Assembly: GCA_965153285.1 (NCBI GenBank) | Contig: OZ229116.1 | DNA length: 64,000 bases | Reading direction: 5' to 3' (one strand) | Source of the DNA: Podarcis tiliguerta | Lineage: Eukaryota | Shown: positions 60,879 to 64,000 of the stretch, piece after piece | Layout of the letters: each line of letters starts with the position of its first letter | Numbering within the stretch: position 1 is the first letter of the stretch | Translations under genes and position numbers: made by a program | The notes under the pieces: generated by a model | What the model was told of the DNA's origin: nothing | What the model saw: only the letters and a program-made list of their open reading frames with translations | The model's database searches: none

Positions 60879-63800
60879 TATATGTAATCCAAGACCAGGC
60901 CTACAGGCCTATGGACCTTGTATGAATATTTTCAACATAAATAAATTTTGGGTAGATATTCATGGAATTTTGTATTGCAGAATAGTATTCCACTTTTATT
61001 AACTTTGGAAAAGAATAAAACACCACAGTTAATCCTTACGCCATAAGGCTTATGGGTCTGACATGCAAATAAATCCACTCTTCCTCCTCCCCCCCCCCAA
61101 CCTCCATCTACAAAAATGTCACATGGAATCATGGTACAGGTTACTGGTATCTCCAGATATGGTTGGACTCCAGCTTCCTTAGCCTTAACTAGCATGGCCA
61201 GTGTTCAGATGGGATGGGAACTGTCTCCCAACAACAGTTGGGGGTTACCACACTACCTCTGCATTAAGTAAGTATTTAGGAACATCCAAAAACAATTAAC
61301 AACCATACAGAAATACTAAAAAAAATCTGAAGAGTTTTGGTCTTATTTTTTGCTTTTGTACTCATTGTCAGAAAAGCAAGGCAGATGTCTGCTTCATTTT
61401 CTGACAATGATGCTTCAGCAGTATACCTTATCTGTGGGTTCCACCTCAAAGCATTATGGTCTGTGGTCTGTTCCTAGACCCATGCAAAAGCCCTGCCCTC
61501 TGTCCTTATACCTGCTAAAAACCTACCACTGAGTTCTACTCTAAACCTGAACTCCCATGATGGCTTCTTCCAGAGCCCACCCACATACCAGATATTTGTT
61601 ATTCTAAGAGTTGGTTACTGTACTCAAAAAGAACTTGGAGGTTGCCACTGAAACTTGATGGCTTTTGTTGTAATGCTCCTTCACTATCAGAAATGTAATA
61701 GGTGAATTTGGCCCAAGTGATCAATGCTTGGCATGGCATCAGTGGGCATATTACTAACTACAGGTGTATGTGAGACTACCTCTGAATGAGTTCAGTGGCA
61801 ATGCTAAAAATAGATGAAGACCATCATTATACCCCTGTCATAATCATGGGCTTGTCATTATACCCTTGTCATTATTATTCCCTGAACTCTGAAAATCAGA
61901 AAAAGGATTGACATTATGACATTTTATTATTCACAGCACAATTTACTTTCTGGAAGAGATCCACTGGAAATAATACAACCTATCATTTAGACTCTAACAG
62001 ATTCATGTTCTTCTCTGTGACAGTAGCCTGGAGGATGAAGAGCCTAAGCAGTCGATGGATTGAATAGGCATAACCCAAGGGAATAAAAAGAAAAGAATGA
62101 TCACAAAATGTTAATAAAAATACTAATGTGCTGCTCCTCATCATTCAGTAAGGAACAACTCTAATATTTAATTTTCAAAAATGCATTCAAAGAAATTCTG
62201 CACCTGTAAAGGTTTTTTGGTATTATCTACAAAGGATGGCACCACCCACAAATACTTTTATGCAATGGTATAAATCAGTCTTAATTTGTTCAGTGAATGC
62301 AATATTATTTACCTTTTCTTTTAACCCTAACCCCATTCCAAAGATGCTGTTTGCTAAGATACTTTTTTGCAATGTCATAAAATCAACAATATAAATTATA
62401 TATAAAAGCATGTCTTCTACAATAATGCCCTACATACCTGTGCCTCTGTCTGGCTACCTTCAGTGACTCTGGCTGGCTGAGATGTAGATGAAGGTAATAG
62501 GCTGTGTCTTCAGAACACCTGTGTTTAGAGAACACCATTTCTAGAAACAGCCAAAAACAAACTAAAAATGCCAGAGGGCTGATTCAATACCACTTGGCAA
62601 AACCAATTGGAAACCTGATGCCTTGAGGAGATAAATTATATGCATCAAGCATACCAAAAGATTTCTGCCTATAAGCTGTACAGTCTTCATTGATGGACTT
62701 TTACAACTTTCCCAAGCAATATGTTCAGATGCATTATCGTACTTAAACAGACATGTTCGAATATCATAACCATGTGACAATGTGCTCCCAAAATGCAAAT
62801 TGGTGTATCTTTCCCAGGGGTGGATCTACTATGAAACCAATGAAGCTTAAGCTTCAGGACCCCTGATCCCAGAGGGGGCCCAGAAGTGACTTTAATCCAC
62901 ATTGCTTAAAATTTTTGGATCTAGTAGACCTAATTTGAGCCACACAGCTCAAGTTGACCAATTTCTTGTTATATGTATTACAACAATCCCAAAGTTTCAG
63001 AGTCAGTAGCAAAGATGTTGCAAAGGTGGAGTGTTGCTGTAAATTGGCTGCTCTGCTGTGGCTCATGTAATCCACTTTTTAAGAGGTCAAGACCCTAGAA
63101 AAATAACAATGAGTTCATGAAAGTATTTAAGTGGATAACCAAAATTGCAAACTCACATAAAATTTGTGGTGTTCCATCATGGAACAAGCCCACTGATAAG
63201 AGAGCTTACCTAGACCTCATTGCTGATTGTGAAGGGCCCCCCAAAACAGTTCAAGCTTCAGTGCCCCCAAAATGTAGGTCCACCACTGATCTCTCTTCTT
63301 CTTCGGGAAAGACTTGCAGATATCTGAAAGATGCTATCATGTCTTTCTACTTCCTTAATGACTTAATGGCTCAGTGAGAAAACACATGCTTCCAAATTTA
63401 CTTCAGAAATTCAGGTTTCTAGGAGTATATTCATTCTCACTAAATACCATACAGGCTTCTAAGTATGGCTTTTAAAAAAAATAAAAACTACACAGTGATC
63501 GACAACAGACAGGAACCTCACTGGAGTTCAAATCAATGCATCTTTACAGGCTCTTACAACTTACTTGAGAACAACCAGCTGCATATACAGAAAAACAACG
63601 TGTTCATAAACCATAAATATTGAAAGGCTAATCTGACCAAATCAGGTCCACAATAAAAATGGGATCATGTGCGTCAGAGCCACATTTAAAGTTACTGGGG
63701 GGGGGGGGGGATCGTCCACAGAATATCATAAAGATTGCCACACTGTTATATCACAGTTTAAGCTACATTTGCAAGCAACGTGTTATGGGAGTATGAAGAG

Positions 63801-64000
63801 AATAAAGAGGGGAGGGGGAAAAGAAATACTTCTGTAAAATGCCAGCCAGCCATCAGCCTTACTGCAAAAGCATTCCTACTACCAATAATGTTATAGCGCC
63901 TTCAATGAAACCATATCAAAGCTAATCAAACCAATCCTGATTTTATAGAAGACACATAGCTTTTCCAGGTCCCGCATATAAATTTCCTTGACAGTTGACA

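Noticed and set aside
346-63377. Numerous 60-180 aa ORFs in the track
   Set aside because: They lack recognisable host protein domains and are explained by chance, microsatellites, N-runs, LINE remnants or alternative frames of the Copia ORF

Overview
Non-coding vertebrate DNA from a squamate, probably a lacertid lizard (inferred from Sauria-type SINEs and other squamate repeats; species not determinable here). No host protein-coding exon was recognised. The dominant feature is a ~5.15 kb full-length Ty1/Copia LTR retrotransposon (41679-46830, + strand). It has one uninterrupted 1320-aa Gag-PR-IN-RT-RNaseH ORF and 439-bp terminal repeats differing at one base. Its oddities are a protease catalytic Asp replaced by Asn at a CpG site, a short internal (half-tRNA-iMet type) primer-binding site, a non-canonical 3' end and no target-site duplication. 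The rest is a mosaic of SINEs, L1/L2/CR1/RTE-like and Penelope fragments, solo LTRs, MITEs and microsatellites. Repeat-poor AT-rich blocks (about 17.5-26.1, 38.8-39.9 and 48.6-49.3 kb) look like conserved non-coding elements of a developmental-gene desert or large intron. All four N-runs (156-212 nt) fall inside these blocks. Repeat family names come from motif recognition, not database searches.
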